Source: Candidatus Omnitrophota bacterium
Lineage (GTDB): Bacteria > Omnitrophota > Gorgyraeia > Gygaellales > Profunditerraquicolaceae
DNA length: 64,000 nt
Reading direction: 5' to 3'
NCBI GenBank assembly: GCA_016867115.1
Contig: VGKG01000003.1
Coordinates: 64,673 to 128,672 of the forward strand
Shown here one piece after another: positions 63,801-64,000 of this stretch. Below the pieces are notes generated by a model. That model was not told where the DNA came from and ran no database searches. It saw only the letters and a program-made list of their open reading frames with translations. Positions within the stretch are counted from its first letter, which is position 1, and each line of letters starts with the position of its first letter. A program made the position numbers and the translations under genes.

Positions 63801-64000
63801 ACCGGCAATAACGTCACCCTGGTGGATACGAATGCTTTAGCCTTGAACGCCTCGACTATTTCCGGGAATCTGAATATCAGCACCTCGGGAGCCATTACGG
63901 ATAATGCCGCATTCAGCGTATCCGGCACCACCACCCTGGCTGCCGGTGCGGCTAATAACATCACCCTGGATAATAATAACAACTTCTCAAGCGTCGGGAT
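60876..64000 (+). CDS. TpsA-type exoprotein (filamentous-haemagglutinin-like), 3' partial, with TPS secretion domain and tandem 68-aa beta-helical repeats
   Basis: Signal peptide; TPS-domain NPNGILF motif (FLINPNGILFSS); at least 20 repeats of G-x-ITD-x-G-x-LTV-x-G-TTLAAGAGN-x-ITLDNANNF-x-SVGITSGNNVTL; open to the window end, so missing from the track. Confidence 0.75.
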   Translation, partial: MKKNAFLNSLLVLLMVFQNSYLLADPLPSNPVDRIGSSTVTRDGNTMNVTTPDGRWWGDLNSFNIAQGYTLNSMGPSADAVMLYNVTGPSGSNISGLWNSNCNQFLINPNGILFSSTAQVNVGGLVASTLSISQDDFLSGKYYFENSKASPSYLINEGMIRASDGGNVALIAGAVRNSGTITTRLGSINLVSGDKVTLDLDSRGYLAAAVDDQVKEEVLDQNGEKMSDAVKNSGILSAEGGKVELKAEALEGIFDNLVNQEGTVRANSLVEHDGVVSLVSESDGIIQNSGTIDVSATETGASGGSIAMRGDKVGQFGILHADAVDGDGGNIDLIARTIVALSPFSLATANAGLNGDGGRIINYSPDTALFWEGARIEAKGGTLSGNGGFVEVSGKEHVEVYGLVDTSAPSGLTGNFLIDPYNVEIRSIGNDNNGSWGGGNPNIWTPSGTPSQIRNNNITSNLATSNVTITTTGAGLEDGDITVSGAINVDGGNGNTLTLQAHDDIIVNAAISDSAPGSVDVVGVTLIANSDASGGGSVDINANISTYGGTFASSGVNFDSTGATIDTSGGTANLNHTGTATLGAVNSGTLSVTAGGAITDSGALTVTGSTTLAAGAGNNITLDNANNFNSVGITSGNNVTLNDINAIALNASTVSGTLNVTSVGAITDNGILTVSGTTTLAAGAANNITLDNNNNFSSVGITSGNNVTLVDINAIGLDASSVSGTLNVTSSGAITDNAALTVAGATTLAAGAANNITLDNANDFSSVGITSGNNVTLNDTNAIALDASTISGALNVTTNGTITDNGALTVTGATTLAAGAGNDITLDNANNFNSVGITSGNNVTLNDTNALSLNASTVSGTLDVTTAGAITDNAAINVTGTATFAAGSGNNITLNNSNDFSTVGITTGNNVTLVDANAIDLAASTVSGTLNVTSNGVITDSGALTVTGATTLAAGAGNDITLNTAGNNFSSVGITTGNNVTLVDTNALALNASTISGNLNISTSGAITDNAAFSVSGTTTLAAGAANNITLDNNNNFSSVG
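62590..64000 (+). repeat. Tandem coding repeats of about 204 nt inside tpsA; copies 1.0 kb apart share over 40 identical nucleotides
   Basis: 62941-62990 is nearly identical to 63964-64000; the periodic sequence also generates a spurious antisense ORF. Confidence 0.8.

Noticed and set aside
62600-63982. 460-aa minus-strand ORF
   Set aside because: It lies antisense to the tpsA tandem repeats. Its product is low-complexity (VTLLP/AARVV periodicity) and is created by repeat periodicity. The sense strand carries the TPS-domain exoprotein with a signal peptide and an upstream TpsB partner.

Overview
The window is a 64 kb gene-dense segment, roughly 50% GC, from a Gram-negative strict anaerobe. 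Outer-membrane beta-barrels, a TonB-dependent receptor and a TpsB transporter show it is diderm. Seventy-six of about 77 genes are on the + strand, many joined by 4-nt ATGA/TGATG overlaps into long operons. Read 5' to 3' the content is: (1) nicotinamidase and a Thi4 thiazole synthase, then a GNAT, a HAD and an aminotransferase; (2) an Rrf2 regulator with a perfect palindromic operator, followed by a ferredoxin, a Zn-ribbon protein and hybrid-cluster protein Hcp; (3) a strongly signalled 20-aa Cys/Lys peptide, superoxide reductase and a Met-rich membrane protein; (4) class II RNR and 2-oxoacid:ferredoxin oxidoreductase KorAB; (5) a 9-gene O2/ROS defence island: rubredoxin, a Tpx::PCD fusion, DJ-1, an FNR-like reductase, a flavodiiron protein, a PNPOx-like protein, a rubrerythrin-like protein, glutaredoxin and TrxR; (6) NrnA and MazG; (7) a CsoR repressor with a GC-palindrome operator, followed by a secreted 62-aa Cys-rich peptide; (8) a TPP riboswitch and a second Thi4; (9) a sulfide-assimilation operon under a second Rrf2 regulator: cysK, nfu, a DUF39 homocysteine synthase, an NIL-ferredoxin, a PP-loop ATPase and nifS; (10) BirA, a TonB receptor, MnmA, NadA and RluA; (11) an LplT-like MFS transporter with a three-domain Aas-like acyl-ACP synthetase/acyltransferase; (12) UppP, a PfkB kinase, a mini-MscL interrupted by an in-frame TGA, a YqeY protein and an HD-GYP protein; (13) a 17-gene locus with a CRP-type box upstream, encoding a group-4 energy-converting [NiFe] hydrogenase with a full Mrp antiporter module, an AsrAB/HydBG-like NAD(P)H module and an embedded PhoU gene; (14) an MFS transporter; (15) a consensus promoter driving a TPR protein, a TpsB transporter and a giant tandem-repeat TpsA exoprotein that runs off the window. 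No rRNA, tRNA, CRISPR array or transposase was found. Three small recurrent sequence motifs are reported as findings: a stop-codon-rich spacer, GATTACACAGATT and GATTGGACA. All protein calls rest on motif and family recognition from the supplied translations, since no database search was possible.
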